Source: a virus (taxonomy: Duplodnaviria; Heunggongvirae; Uroviricota; Caudoviricetes). Taken from it: a stretch of DNA of 36,800 nt. Position 1 is the first letter of the stretch. Each line of letters opens with the position of its first letter. The notes under the pieces were generated by a model, which was not told the origin of the DNA, did not search any database, and saw nothing but the letters and a program-made list of their open reading frames with translations. The translations under genes were made by a program, and so were the position numbers. Below, in pieces: positions 1 through 10,738 of the stretch. The stretch is taken from the IMG/VR virus record IMGVR_UViG_2721755498_000005. One strand, 5' to 3'.

Positions 1-258
1 ATGCAAACCGTTATTTTTGGTCGTTCGGGTTGCCCTTACTGTGTGCGTGCAAAAGATCTGGCTGAGAAATTGAGCAATGAACGCGATGATTTTCAGTATC
101 AGTATGTAGATATTCGTGCGGAAGGGATCACTAAAGAAGATCTACAACAAAAGGCAGGTAAACCCGTAGAAACCGTGCCGCAGATTTTTGTCGATCAGCA
201 ACATATCGGCGGCTATACCGATTTTGCTGCATGGGTGAAAGAAAATCTGGACGCCTGA
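1..258 (+). CDS. grxA: Glutaredoxin 1
   Basis: 85 aa ORF with CPYC redox motif; sequence recognised as E. coli GrxA; starts at the first base of the window. Confidence 0.9.
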   Translation: MQTVIFGRSGCPYCVRAKDLAEKLSNERDDFQYQYVDIRAEGITKEDLQQKAGKPVETVPQIFVDQQHIGGYTDFAAWVKENLDA

Positions 259-265
259 TCGTCTG

Positions 266-300
266 ACAAGCCCTCGCGTTGAGGGCTTTACTGATTTTTT
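266..300. terminator. Putative bidirectional rho-independent terminator between convergent grxA and ybjM
   Basis: GC stem gccctc / gagggc followed by a T-run, sitting between the two convergent gene ends. Confidence 0.4.
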
Positions 301-665
301 CTGTGCTGTGGTTTAAACAAACTACTGATAAATAAGAAACACAGTGCCCCCAGCGCACACCAGAACACCGCGCTTAGTAACCATGCCAGCTCTTGCCAGA
401 ATGAGCGCGTCGGTGAAAAAAACAGCCGCATAATGAGCATCGAACAGGGTGCCGCCAGCATTGCGCCAAACAGAGGTTTCAGGACTTCTCTACGCTGTGA
501 AAAGAAGCTGGCGACTGCTCCAGGAAGAATGAAAAATAGCAAGCCGATTTCAGGATGCCCGGCAGCCCGAAAAGCGCCTTTCATGTGCGTCGCCAGAAAA
601 AGGCACACCACAATGAAGAGGACAAAACAGCAGATTGCCCCCGCCCAACGTTGTTTATGTTTCAC
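288..665 (-). CDS. ybjM: Inner membrane protein YbjM
   Basis: 125 aa hydrophobic ORF in the conserved position next to grxA; recognised as YbjM. Confidence 0.8.
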   Translation of the reverse strand: MKHKQRWAGAICCFVLFIVVCLFLATHMKGAFRAAGHPEIGLLFFILPGAVASFFSQRREVLKPLFGAMLAAPCSMLIMRLFFSPTRSFWQELAWLLSAVFWCALGALCFLFISSLFKPQHRKNQ

Positions 666-934
666 TCGTTCCTCCTGACACTGCGTCTATCGAACACATT
701 TTTCGCCAGTGTGGCGTTCAGTAAGATAAAGCCGCTTCGCATTCCATGCTAATATAGGCCAACGCAATTCATATAGCCGTTGATACCTAATGTGATTACA
801 CTAGTAAAATATATTGTTACTTTACTATCGTTTAGGTGCGCTGAATGAATCTGCGCCCTGAATTCTGGTAAAAAATATTATCGTAAATTACCATTTCTTT
901 CAACAGCTTACTAGTAAACAAGAAGTTAGCCTCC

Positions 935-2620
935 GTGAATATAAACGTCGCCGAATTGTTAAATGGGAATTACATTCTGTTATTATTTGTGGTCCTCGCG
1001 CTTGGGCTATGTCTCGGAAAGTTACGACTTGGTTCGATCCAACTGGGTAATTCCATTGGCGTTTTAGTCGTATCGCTGTTATTAGGCCAACAACATTTCA
1101 GCATTAACACCGATGCGCTTAATCTTGGCTTTATGCTGTTTATTTTCTGCGTCGGGGTCGAAGCCGGACCGAACTTTTTTTCCATTTTTTTTCGCGATGG
1201 GAAAAATTACCTAATGTTAGCACTGGTGATGGTTGGCAGTGCGCTGGTGATCGCCTTAGGGTTAGGTAAGCTGTTTGGCTGGGATATTGGCCTGACGGCC
1301 GGTATGTTAGCAGGCTCTATGACGTCGACACCGGTTCTGGTCGGTGCTGGCGATACACTGCGTCATTCCGGCATGGAAAGCAGGCAGCTCTCACTGGCAC
1401 TGGATAATCTGAGCCTCGGGTATGCCTTAACCTATTTAATCGGTCTGGTGAGTTTGATTGTTGGTGCGCGTTACTTGCCGAAATTGCAGCATCAGGACTT
1501 ACAGACCAGCGCCCAGCAAATCGCCCGCGAACGTGGCCTGGACACTGATGCCAACCGTAAGGTTTATTTACCGGTGATCCGCGCCTATCGCGTCGGCCCG
1601 GAACTGGTGGCCTGGACCGACGGCAAAAATCTGCGTGAACTGGGTATTTATCGACAAACCGGCTGCTACATTGAACGTATTCGACGTAACGGGATTCTGG
1701 CAAATCCAGACGGTGATGCCGTGCTACAAATGGGCGATGAAATAGCGTTGGTAGGCTATCCCGACGCCCATGCCCGACTCGATCCCAGCTTCCGTAACGG
1801 TAAAGAAGTTTTCGATCGTGACCTTCTCGACATGCGTATCGTCACTGAAGAAGTGGTCGTTAAAAACCATAACGCTGTAGGTAAACGTCTCGCACAACTG
1901 AAGTTGACCGATCACGGTTGCTTCCTTAACCGCGTCATTCGTAGCCAGATTGAGATGCCGATAGATGACAACGTCGTGCTTAACAAAGGTGACGTTTTAC
2001 AAGTCAGCGGCGATGCCCGCCGCGTAAAAACCATCGCCGATCGCATCGGCTTTATCTCGATTCACAGCCAGGTCACTGACCTGCTGGCATTCTGCGCCTT
2101 CTTTGTTATTGGGCTGATGATCGGGATGATCACCTTCCAGTTCAGCACATTCAGTTTCGGCATGGGGAACGCTGCCGGGTTGTTATTCGCCGGAATTATG
2201 CTGGGCTTTATGCGTGCTAACCACCCGACCTTCGGTTACATTCCGCAGGGTGCATTAAGCATGGTGAAAGAGTTCGGCTTGATGGTGTTTATGGCAGGCG
2301 TTGGTCTGAGCGCCGGTAGCGGTATTAATAACGGCCTGGGCGCGATTGGCGGTCAGATGTTGATTGCCGGATTGATTGTCAGTCTGGTGCCCGTGGTTAT
2401 CTGTTTCTTGTTCGGTGCTTATGTATTGCGAATGAACCGCGCGCTGTTGTTCGGCGCAATGATGGGCGCACGTACCTGCGCGCCGGCAATGGAGATCATC
2501 AGTGATACAGCTCGCAGTAACATCCCGGCGCTGGGCTATGCGGGCACCTATGCAATCGCCAACGTCCTGCTGACGCTGGCAGGGACAATCATCGTCATGG
2601 TATGGCCAGGATTAGGATAA
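935..2620 (+). CDS. ybjL: Putative AAE-family transporter YbjL (two TrkA-C domains)
   Basis: 561 aa polytopic membrane protein with central soluble domains; recognised as E. coli YbjL; synteny ybjL-ybjM-grxA. Confidence 0.85.
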
Positions 2621-2732
2621 AACTGAAGTTGCCCTGAAAATGAAATTTTTTTGCACAACCGCAGAACTTTTCCGCAGGGCATCAGTCTTAATTAGTGCCA
2701 CTGCTTTTCTTTGATGTCCCCATTTTGTGGAG

Positions 2733-2775
2733 CCCATCAACCCCGCCATTTCGGTTCAAGGTTGATGGGTTTTTT
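2733..2775 (+). terminator. Rho-independent terminator, probably last host feature before the prophage
   Basis: 10 bp stem cccatcaacc / ggttgatggg followed by TTTTTTGTT on the plus strand. Confidence 0.4.
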
Positions 2776-2855
2776 GTTGTCTGAAATTTAAGCTGTTTAA
2801 AATCATGATGTTAGAAGCACTATTCTTTAACGATGGCGACAAAATGGCGGCAGCG

Positions 2856-3074
2856 TCAAAGAGAGAGCGCCACCTGTCCTGATTTCATTGGATGCGGCTG
2901 AACCGGATTTGACTCTTTTGGCGTTGCAATCGAACGAACAAAAGTTTCATGGGTAACAAAAGTATGGCTGCAGTTAATGTTCTGGCACTGGTTGTAACGC
3001 TCTTTGGTCAATGAAGATACCTGAAAACTGCTGCGAGTATGGGCGGCACTTCCACACAGTGGGCAAATCATCAT
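2856..3074 (-). CDS. ogr: Late-gene transcriptional activator Ogr (zinc finger)
   Basis: CPLCG...C-x-N-C zinc-finger pattern resembling P2 Ogr; ATG at 3074 preceded by GGGGAGAG RBS (ORF-track start at 3107 is GTG and probably too long). Confidence 0.8.
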   Translation of the reverse strand: MMICPLCGSAAHTRSSFQVSSLTKERYNQCQNINCSHTFVTHETFVRSIATPKESNPVQPHPMKSGQVALSL

Positions 3075-3164
3075 TTTTCGAGCTCTCCCCATTTTTGCTA
3101 AATTCACAATAATGATACCGCATTATTCCATTTTGCAAACTTAAAAGTTCTCCATTGCGAAGAA

Positions 3165-4265
3165 TCATTCCATTTCGAAATCATCAATCCTCACTTCAAG
3201 CTCCAGACTGGTCGTAAAACCGTTATCCGGGCTGACGGTATGCGTCAGAGTCGTAATGGTCCATTCCGCATCATCTATCGGCTGTTTAAAGCCACTGACC
3301 TTCACAGGCATTTCTGTGTAGAGATCTGCCCGCCCTTCCGCCAGTTGTAGCGAGAATGACGCAACGCCGCGTTGCAGGCGTTCCCACTGCATTTTCGCTG
3401 CCCGTTCAGCGTTGCTCCGGTTGGCATAAGTGCGATTAAGTACCAGCACGTTTTCATCCGTACCCACCAGGTAATCGCCCTGCTTCGCTTCTGGCTCTTT
3501 CTTCTGCTTCTTAGTTCTGCGCTTACGCTTCACCGTGGTGCTTTCTTTCTTCGCAGGTTCGCGGGTATGCAACCAGCTGGCAATTACGCCCGTGTAGGCT
3601 CCGCGATCTGCCAGGGTAAATCGGTGACTGTCGCCGTCCTTGCGTGTGAGAGTGATCACTGGCAGAGGTTTACCAGTGGCGCTTTTGCCCTGCCCCTGCC
3701 GGATGAATAACAGATTGCCATTTTTCACCGACGCGATGGCACCGTACTGTCGCGCCAGCCGCATCAGAAAACTGCCGTCACTCTCATTAGTCTGGTCTAT
3801 ATGCTCCACGGGCTTATCCGACAGGTCTTTACCCAGTGCCATCTTCAGCTTGTGCCGCGCGGCTATTTCCTTCACCACTTCCCCGACGGTGGTCTTATGC
3901 CACGATTTTTCACGGCGGGTATTCAGCGTTTCCCGAAAATCAGCACTTCGCGCCCGGATAGTCAGGCGGTCCGGTGCGCCAGTGTGTTCAATCTCGTCCA
4001 CTGTGAATGCCCCTTTCGGGAAAAGCGGCTGCCCCTTCCAGCCCAGCGCCAGCGTAATAACCGCACCACGGCGCGGCAGCACGATTTTTCCGTCAGCGTC
4101 ATCCAGCTCCAGATCAAGCTGGTCCGCTTCAAAGCCCCGGTTATCCGTCAGCGTCAAACTCATCAGGCGGTTATCCAGCACAGTGGTGATATCCCTGCCC
4201 TCAATACTGATGCTGAATGCGGGAGTTTTGTTGCCTTTGTTAAGCAGTTCAGAGCTGAAATTCAC
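3165..4265 (-). CDS. D: Tail protein gpD
   Basis: 366 aa; position after U and before ogr as in P2; GTG start overlapping the U stop. Confidence 0.75.
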   Translation of the reverse strand: MNFSSELLNKGNKTPAFSISIEGRDITTVLDNRLMSLTLTDNRGFEADQLDLELDDADGKIVLPRRGAVITLALGWKGQPLFPKGAFTVDEIEHTGAPDRLTIRARSADFRETLNTRREKSWHKTTVGEVVKEIAARHKLKMALGKDLSDKPVEHIDQTNESDGSFLMRLARQYGAIASVKNGNLLFIRQGQGKSATGKPLPVITLTRKDGDSHRFTLADRGAYTGVIASWLHTREPAKKESTTVKRKRRTKKQKKEPEAKQGDYLVGTDENVLVLNRTYANRSNAERAAKMQWERLQRGVASFSLQLAEGRADLYTEMPVKVSGFKQPIDDAEWTITTLTHTVSPDNGFTTSLELEVRIDDFEME

Positions 4266-4747
4266 GACAGCAGCCCTCCCACCGTTTTACTGATATCGCT
4301 TAAGGCAGACGTTGCCGTGTCCTGCAGATTATTCAGTTGCGCACTGAGATCACCGAACATATCGGACAGGGATTCATCCACTCGTTTGAGCGACAGGGTG
4401 AACTCAATCCGGCGCGGCATACCGTCGCGGAAAAACTCCGTTTTAGTCTGATTCAGTCCCTCAATCACATACATGCCGTAAATCGTGCCGCTGCCTTCAA
4501 TCAGGGGCCATGCTTTCCCCTGTTCTGCCATCTGCTCCAGTGCCAGCAACGACAGCCTGCCGCCTGTTATTTCCGGCATAAGAACACCGGAAAGCGTCAG
4601 CATGTCGTTTTCCGGTCCCAGAAACTGCGTGGACGGACGTCGGTTTACCCGACTGTTTGCCGCATGTCGCCAGCTGCGTTGATACTGCAGTTCCTGATAC
4701 GGAACGGTGCGCAGCATAAACACGTACAATCCCAGCACCATCATCAT
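4262..4747 (-). CDS. U: Tail protein gpU
   Basis: 161 aa; strong resemblance to P2 gpU (MM.LG.FVFM...GMYVI...DESL). Confidence 0.8.
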   Translation of the reverse strand: MMMVLGLYVFMLRTVPYQELQYQRSWRHAANSRVNRRPSTQFLGPENDMLTLSGVLMPEITGGRLSLLALEQMAEQGKAWPLIEGSGTIYGMYVIEGLNQTKTEFFRDGMPRRIEFTLSLKRVDESLSDMFGDLSAQLNNLQDTATSALSDISKTVGGLLS

Positions 4748-7700
4748 GCGTCGTATCCCCCCTGATCGCTGTAGTTACTCCTGGCTTTTGCCTTCAGCCT
4801 GCGTTCACGTTCATCAAGCTGGCGTGCCACCTCCCGCGCAATATCCTGCGCACTTTGTCCTGGCTGCGTCTGAATGATGATCTGCGTCGGTGCCTCAATC
4901 CGTTGAACGAGCGGCACAGTGGCTGCGCGACTCACAATTGCTTCTCCACCTTTCGCGGGAAGTGCCAAAGGGTGCAACGGTGGAAGCTCTGCTGGCGCGG
5001 CAGCAACGCCCATCATTCCGGCAACAACGGCAGCCAGTGCAGCTGTATTTCTCCGGCTGGTCACATTTGCCGGGCCGTTAACAATTTCCGGCCCGTTTTC
5101 ACCGACGATGCCAAACTGCCCGCGCGGGATATACCCGCCGCTGTCATACATCCCCGCAAAGCCATATCCCCATGATGGAAAACCACCCGATGGCATCATC
5201 ACTTTACCGTCTGCATTCACCGTCGCAGGTTGCTGACGCGTCACGCTTTCCGGCAGTTTTGCCTTTGCGGCCTCTTTACTGACAATGCCGAGCTTCTCCA
5301 GCAACCAGGAAACGCCGGATTTCAGGGAGTCCAGCGGATGCATGACCATATTCAGCCCTTCCGCCAGTGCCTCCCCGAATCGCCGCCCCATTGCCGCTGC
5401 GCTCTGCAGTTCGGCAGAGGTCGACTTAACGGGCGTCAGCAGATCAGTAAACCAGCCCCACAGCGCCTGCACTTTGTCGCCAATCCACTGGAACACGGGC
5501 TTAAGCGGTTCGAACGCTGCACTGATGGGACCTGCCGCCGCTTTGAATCCTTCCACCACGCCACCGAGAAATGCGGTGATGGGTTGCCAGTATTTCCAGA
5601 CAACCAGCGCCACGCCCGCCAGTGCAGTAACCACAAGACCTATCGGACTGAGCAGAGCACCTAACAGACCAGATATGGCATACAGGGCAACGCGCAGCAT
5701 CGCCAGTGGACCAGATGCCAGTACTCGCAGCACCGTGCCTGCGGCGGCCAGTCCACCGCGCAGTACCGCCAGAGGATTCATAAACATCACAGCAACAGCA
5801 CGTAAACCGGATAATCCAGACCGCAAAAGTGCAACCGGCGCACCTGCTACAGTTTTCAGGACATTTCCCGTCAGTGATGCCGTGCGGCGCAAAGACGACA
5901 ACGGCGCAGTAAGTAAACCTGCGGCGTTGCCCGATGAAGCAAGCCCGCGTCGCAGCAGTGCCAGTGGTGCGCCAGCCAGCCAGGACAACGCGCTGCTGGT
6001 TCGAGTTACTGCTGCCGTAACGGAAGATAACGTTTTGATACCCAGCACAGAGAATCCCAGACGGATCACTGCCAGCGGCCCCAGCACTGCAGCCAGCGCC
6101 ACCGCTAAGGTGCCGAGGCCGACGGTAACCGCAGCCACAACAGCCGATGCTTTCATCAGTGTGCCTGTCAGTTCCGGGTTAGCTTCCACCCAGCGACGCA
6201 ACGCCCCCGTGACGCTTTTCACCGTGTACAGAATATCCATCAGCGGCTGGCGCAGCGTTTCGCCCAGGCTGCTGAAGGTGTTCTGCGCTCCGGTTTTGAC
6301 CAGCAACCACTGCGCAGAAAGTGAATCCTTGTTAATGTCGGATTCTTTCTGCATGGAGCCGAGCGCATCATTGCCCGCTGTCAGTTTTAACTGACGCTGC
6401 AGTTCCGGCAGGTTGTTTGCCAGTTTCGCCGCGTCATCGCCAAACTCTTTACCAAACAACATAGTCATGGCAGACAGGCGCTTGTCCTGCGGCAGCGCGT
6501 TTACCTTCTCCAGCACGCGCTGGATGGTTCCCATCGCATCCTTCGTCATCTGCTTTTCAATCACTTCAGGATTGAGTTTCAGCAGATTCATCCCTTCAAA
6601 GAAACTTTTGCTTTGCATGGTGGCAATGGACAATTCACGCACCATCGCGTTTGCTGCACTGGCTGCAACCTCTGGCGCAGCGCCCAGTGTCAGGAAGGTG
6701 GAACCCAGCGCCGCCGCTTTACGATAATCCAGACGGTCAGCCACACCGCCCAGACGTTGCATCACATCAATGATGTCTGCCCCTTTCGACATGGCGTTAT
6801 CATCCAGATAGTTCAGCGCATCACCGAGCTGTTCAATATTGCGGGTGGGGATTTTGTAGAGCTGGGCGATTTTCCCCAGACTTTCTGACAGTTCATCCGC
6901 TGGCAGCTCAAAGGCTGTTGCCGCCTTTGCTGCCGTACTGGCGAAGGCCAGCAGGTCACGTTTCTGATCTTCCCAACTGTCGTCAGGGTTTGCGACGTTC
7001 ATGCGCGCACCACCTTCAACCAGTGCAGCGAAATCCACCGCACCGTTTTCCATCGGCAACTGTTCGCTGGCAGCCTTGATGGCATCCTGCATTTCATAAA
7101 AACGTGCAGTGCGGTTGCCATTATCGTCACGCAGACCATTGACCTGCTTTGCCACACCTTTCATGGCATCTTCCATGCTGGTATAGCTTTTTACTGCCGC
7201 CATCACTGGTGCGCCCATTGCCAGCCCTGCAGCCGTGGTGGTGGCTCCGGCACCTGCAATACGATCACGCACCTCCAGCGAACGGGCATAACTGGCACGC
7301 GCTGCATTCATCCTGCGCTGAGCTTCCCCCAGTCGCTTCAGCCGCGCCTCCTGTTTCGAAAGTTCCTGGTTATAACGTGATGTTTCACGGGCTAAACGGG
7401 CAGTTGCACCCGCATCGTCTTTCGCAGAAATTCCCGCCCGGTACAGTTCAGCACGCACAAGCGCCGTCTGCTGCTGCAGCTTTTTCTGGCGTTCTTCCAG
7501 GCGCTGAACAGCCAGCCGTTGACGGCCCAGAGCAACAACCTGACGTTGCGAAGGCGGCCCCATCGCTCCCAGTTCCTGACTGAGCAAATTTGCACGCTGG
7601 CGGGCATAGTTCAGCCTGTCGCCTAATTTCTGATTTTCTGCCTGCAGCTTTCGGAAGCTGTCCAGACTGCTCCCGGCCTGATCAAGCTGCTTTATTGCAT

Positions 7701-7821
7701 CGCGGGATTTTTTGACAGCAGCAGCCAGTTCTCTTGAACTGGCCTGCGCAGATCGAAATGGGCGGGTGAGCTTGTCAACCGCATTAAGAATGACCTGCAG
7801 ACGCAGGTTGTTATCACTCAT
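4744..7821 (-). CDS. T: Tail tape measure protein gpT
   Basis: 1025 aa Ala/Leu-rich coiled-coil and hydrophobic segments; ATG overlaps the E' stop. Confidence 0.8.
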   Translation of the reverse strand: MSDNNLRLQVILNAVDKLTRPFRSAQASSRELAAAVKKSRDAIKQLDQAGSSLDSFRKLQAENQKLGDRLNYARQRANLLSQELGAMGPPSQRQVVALGRQRLAVQRLEERQKKLQQQTALVRAELYRAGISAKDDAGATARLARETSRYNQELSKQEARLKRLGEAQRRMNAARASYARSLEVRDRIAGAGATTTAAGLAMGAPVMAAVKSYTSMEDAMKGVAKQVNGLRDDNGNRTARFYEMQDAIKAASEQLPMENGAVDFAALVEGGARMNVANPDDSWEDQKRDLLAFASTAAKAATAFELPADELSESLGKIAQLYKIPTRNIEQLGDALNYLDDNAMSKGADIIDVMQRLGGVADRLDYRKAAALGSTFLTLGAAPEVAASAANAMVRELSIATMQSKSFFEGMNLLKLNPEVIEKQMTKDAMGTIQRVLEKVNALPQDKRLSAMTMLFGKEFGDDAAKLANNLPELQRQLKLTAGNDALGSMQKESDINKDSLSAQWLLVKTGAQNTFSSLGETLRQPLMDILYTVKSVTGALRRWVEANPELTGTLMKASAVVAAVTVGLGTLAVALAAVLGPLAVIRLGFSVLGIKTLSSVTAAVTRTSSALSWLAGAPLALLRRGLASSGNAAGLLTAPLSSLRRTASLTGNVLKTVAGAPVALLRSGLSGLRAVAVMFMNPLAVLRGGLAAAGTVLRVLASGPLAMLRVALYAISGLLGALLSPIGLVVTALAGVALVVWKYWQPITAFLGGVVEGFKAAAGPISAAFEPLKPVFQWIGDKVQALWGWFTDLLTPVKSTSAELQSAAAMGRRFGEALAEGLNMVMHPLDSLKSGVSWLLEKLGIVSKEAAKAKLPESVTRQQPATVNADGKVMMPSGGFPSWGYGFAGMYDSGGYIPRGQFGIVGENGPEIVNGPANVTSRRNTAALAAVVAGMMGVAAAPAELPPLHPLALPAKGGEAIVSRAATVPLVQRIEAPTQIIIQTQPGQSAQDIAREVARQLDERERRLKAKARSNYSDQGGYDA

Positions 7822-8250
7822 CGTTGGCCCCGCTTCTCTGAATCGCTTTATACCGCCATTCCAGCACTTCGGTCAGCGGCATAACGTCAGTAACGGATGG
7901 CGGCCAGTGAAAAATGGTGGCGATATCTGCCACCAGATCGTCAACCGTCAGGCTGTCGGTAAACCGGCAAGCACCGACTTCTTCAACAAAAAAGTGACAA
8001 CCTCAACCGACATGGCAGTGAGATCTGCCGGGTCCATCTCTGCAATTTCCTGTGCAGTCAGTGCCGGACTGGAGATGCGGGGGATCACGATCATCATCGC
8101 GTTTACATCCATATCCATAATGGCCTGCAGGCGTGTACCGCGCAGCGCACCGGACTGCGGTTTACGCAGCACAATTTCGGTGATTTCTGTTTTACCGCGC
8201 TTGATGGGGGTATCCAGTTGAATGGTCTTTTCAGTCTGCTTATCGCTCAT
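7814..8250 (-). CDS. E: Tail assembly chaperone gpE and frameshift product gpE+E'
   Basis: gpE ORF 7948..8250; slippery heptamer TTTTTTG on the minus strand (complement of about 7984-7990) near the end of E; the -1 frame continues to a TGA at 7814 overlapping the T start. Confidence 0.7.
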
Positions 8251-8304
8251 TTTGCTGTCCTGTCAATTGGGTTCTGGCGCGGTATCCCGCGCCGTTCAGA
8301 TATA

Positions 8305-8820
8305 TCAGAGGCCGAGGGCGTTGCGGTGCGCTTCCATCAGGTCCACACCGTCCACAATTTCCACCATGTTGATAAGGTCCACTTCATAGAGCACCTCACC
8401 ATTGATGGTCAGCTTCGCGTAGCTGTTGGTACTGGTCACTTTGGTGGTGTTGCTTTCGCCCGTCTTCCACTCGCCGGAATCCACTTCTTTGTGACGTCCA
8501 CGCACGACAAGCTCCACGGCCTGCACTTCCCCGGTATCGTCACGCTGAATAGAGCCGGTAAAACGCAGCTGGATGCCATCCACCGTGGCTTTACCCATCT
8601 GTTTAAACAGCAGCAATTCAGTACCACCAATGGAAAATTCTGTGTCCAGCGCACTGTCATCAAGCCCCAGATCCACATCCACCGCACCCGGCATTCCGCC
8701 GCCGCGATACTTCTCATATTTGCGGGTAAATTTCGGCAGCGTCAGCGACTCAACGATCCCCTGCCAGTTGTTCCCGTCGTTAAACAGGTTCAGGTGTTTT
8801 AATTTGCGTGGTAAAGCCAT
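8305..8820 (-). CDS. FII: Tail tube protein gpFII
   Basis: 171 aa, position and size as P2 FII. Confidence 0.8.
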   Translation of the reverse strand: MALPRKLKHLNLFNDGNNWQGIVESLTLPKFTRKYEKYRGGGMPGAVDVDLGLDDSALDTEFSIGGTELLLFKQMGKATVDGIQLRFTGSIQRDDTGEVQAVELVVRGRHKEVDSGEWKTGESNTTKVTSTNSYAKLTINGEVLYEVDLINMVEIVDGVDLMEAHRNALGL

Positions 8821-8829
8821 GTTGTCCCC

Positions 8830-10002
8830 TTACGCGCTGACCTGGCTGGCGAAATTCACCAGGTACTGATCGGTGATGCGCTGACGCAGCATCAGGTTTT
8901 CAAGTGGCGGCACTGGCGTGTAGTCGTAGTCGATGGTGAGTTTTCCGGCTTTCAGCGTGTCTTTGTCGTTCACCGACTCATCCAGCCAGCAATCACCACC
9001 AATGAGATAGCCCTGACTGACCAGGCTGCGCATTTTGGCGCGGATACCTTCGATAATGTCGCGGGCCAGCGACGGGTTAAGCGGTTTATCCACCGCCCAC
9101 ATGTGTGCTTCTGCCATCGTGTCCATCAGCACCTGCGCCGTGCGGGTGTAGTTTTCGAAGGCAAAGAGCGGGTCATCACTCAGGCAGCGGGAACCCCAGA
9201 AGCGGAAACCGTCTTTACGCACAAGCGTGGTGACGTCGTTCTGGTTCAGCAGACCTGCATCGGTTGCCGGGTCCTGCAGATCCCAGAACACATCTGCAGA
9301 AATTCCGGTGACACCGTTCACGCCCACGTTGGACAGGCTTTTGTGCCATCCGGTCTGCTCGTCAATTTTGGCGCGCAGACCAAGCGCACGGGCGGTGGCA
9401 TATGCCGTTGCTTCGGCATTCAGCACCGTGTCCCAGCCAGTAAAGTCAGGCCAGATCAGCATCCCTTCGCGCTGGCTGAAGTTTTCGCGGTAAGTGATCG
9501 CCTCCTGCACTGTCTTGCAGCCATACGCTGACAGGTAAGCAAATCCACGCAGGCTTTGCGCCACGCTCAGCAACTCAGTAGCTACCGCCTTGGTGTCGTG
9601 GCCTGGCACGCCGAGAATGCGCGGTTTAACGCCGAGCTGTGACTGGGCAGATAACAGGGCTTTCATACCTGTTTTTTTACCTTCAGCAGTCACTGCGCCG
9701 ATGATATTGGTCGTGGTTTCGTCTTCCGTTTCACCCTGCGGCACACGCACAACAATGGTCACGGGTTTTGCCTGGTCAGCGATGGCATCCAGCGAACGGG
9801 CCAGAGTACCGGACTCACCCGCTTTACCGCTGGCAGTCAGCACATCAGTGATCAGCACGGGTTTATTAAGAGGAAACATTTTTGCATCGGCATCATCGCC
9901 CGTGCAGACCATACCCACGATGGCGGTGCTCACCGTGGTAATAGATCGGGTGCCTTCGTTGACTTCAACAACGCGCACCCCGTGGTGGTAATCCTGAGCC
10001 AT
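8830..10002 (-). CDS. FI: Contractile tail sheath protein gpFI
   Basis: 390 aa, position and size as P2 FI; AGGAGG RBS upstream. Confidence 0.85.
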   Translation of the reverse strand: MAQDYHHGVRVVEVNEGTRSITTVSTAIVGMVCTGDDADAKMFPLNKPVLITDVLTASGKAGESGTLARSLDAIADQAKPVTIVVRVPQGETEDETTTNIIGAVTAEGKKTGMKALLSAQSQLGVKPRILGVPGHDTKAVATELLSVAQSLRGFAYLSAYGCKTVQEAITYRENFSQREGMLIWPDFTGWDTVLNAEATAYATARALGLRAKIDEQTGWHKSLSNVGVNGVTGISADVFWDLQDPATDAGLLNQNDVTTLVRKDGFRFWGSRCLSDDPLFAFENYTRTAQVLMDTMAEAHMWAVDKPLNPSLARDIIEGIRAKMRSLVSQGYLIGGDCWLDESVNDKDTLKAGKLTIDYDYTPVPPLENLMLRQRITDQYLVNFASQVSA

Positions 10003-10078
10003 AGTGGCGAACCTCCTGATTGGATTAGGCTTCGCCCTATGTTGAAGTGATTGTGCCTGACAAACAGCTAAGCGCAGT

Positions 10079-10096
10079 TGTGTCGTTATTCACACA
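10079..10096 (-). promoter_or_regulatory. Candidate Ogr-dependent late promoter element (TGT-N12-ACA dyad) for the FI operon
   Basis: tgtgtcgttattcacaca centred about 86 bp upstream of the FI start codon. Confidence 0.35.
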
Positions 10097-10144
10097 AAAT
10101 AACGGTATTTGTCTGCTTGCAGGGATAATCAACATAATGCTGAT

Positions 10145-10711
10145 TCAGGGGGATTCATTGATCTTATTTGCCGGAAATTTTCTATAAATGGTAGAAACGC
10201 CTACATCAAAAATCAGTGCAATACGCTGTCTTGATTCTCCGGCCTCGAGTAAACGCCCAATCTGTGCCCACTGTTCGGTGGTCAACTTAGGACGGCGTCC
10301 ACCTACTCTGCCTTTGGCACGAGCTGCAGCCAGCCCTGCCCTGGTACGTTCAACTATCAGTTCGCGTTCCATTTCAGCCAGGGCACCCATGACATGAAAA
10401 AAGAAACGGCCCATTGGGGTACTGGTATCAATACTGTCAGTCAGGCTTCTGAAATTCACACCACGCTGGCGCAACTCTTCTATCAGCGTAACAAGATGCC
10501 GCATACTGCGCCCCAACCTGTCCAGCTTCCAGACAACCAGCGTGTCTCCTGCCGATAGTGTCCTGAGTAGTTTTTTCAGCCCCGGTCTGTCGGACTTAGT
10601 GCCACTGATTTTGTCCTCAAAAATCCGCTCACATCCCGCGCAGTTCAGTGCATTACGTTGCAAATCGGTGTTCTGGTCATTTGTTGACACGCGTACATAG
10701 CCAATAAGCAT
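10145..10711 (-). CDS. Serine DNA invertase (Gin/Hin/Cin/Pin family)
   Basis: MLIGYVRVSTNDQNTDLQRNAL... close to Mu Gin along its length; ATG at 10711 with GGGGG RBS; C-terminal HTH. Confidence 0.9.
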   Translation of the reverse strand: MLIGYVRVSTNDQNTDLQRNALNCAGCERIFEDKISGTKSDRPGLKKLLRTLSAGDTLVVWKLDRLGRSMRHLVTLIEELRQRGVNFRSLTDSIDTSTPMGRFFFHVMGALAEMERELIVERTRAGLAAARAKGRVGGRRPKLTTEQWAQIGRLLEAGESRQRIALIFDVGVSTIYRKFPANKINESP

Positions 10712-10738
10712 GATCATCCCCCTGAATAAAAACCGGAG

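Noticed and set aside
433-752. Plus-strand ORFs of 65-81 aa
   Set aside because: Overlap ybjM on the opposite strand; the ybjM frame matches the known 125 aa protein
2621-2855. Possible tRNA or sRNA integration target at the prophage junction (GGTTCAA-containing hairpin)
   Set aside because: No cloverleaf could be built; the hairpin plus T-run is better explained as a plus-strand terminator
3640-4451. Plus-strand ORFs of 216-217 aa
   Set aside because: Antisense to gpD and gpU, no RBS, low-complexity Ser/Arg-rich products
5285-6394. 369 aa plus-strand ORF (and neighbours 4855..5664) inside the tape-measure gene
   Set aside because: Antisense to gpT, Pro/Ser/Ala/Arg-rich low-complexity translation, no RBS; typical spurious ORF in a GC-rich gene
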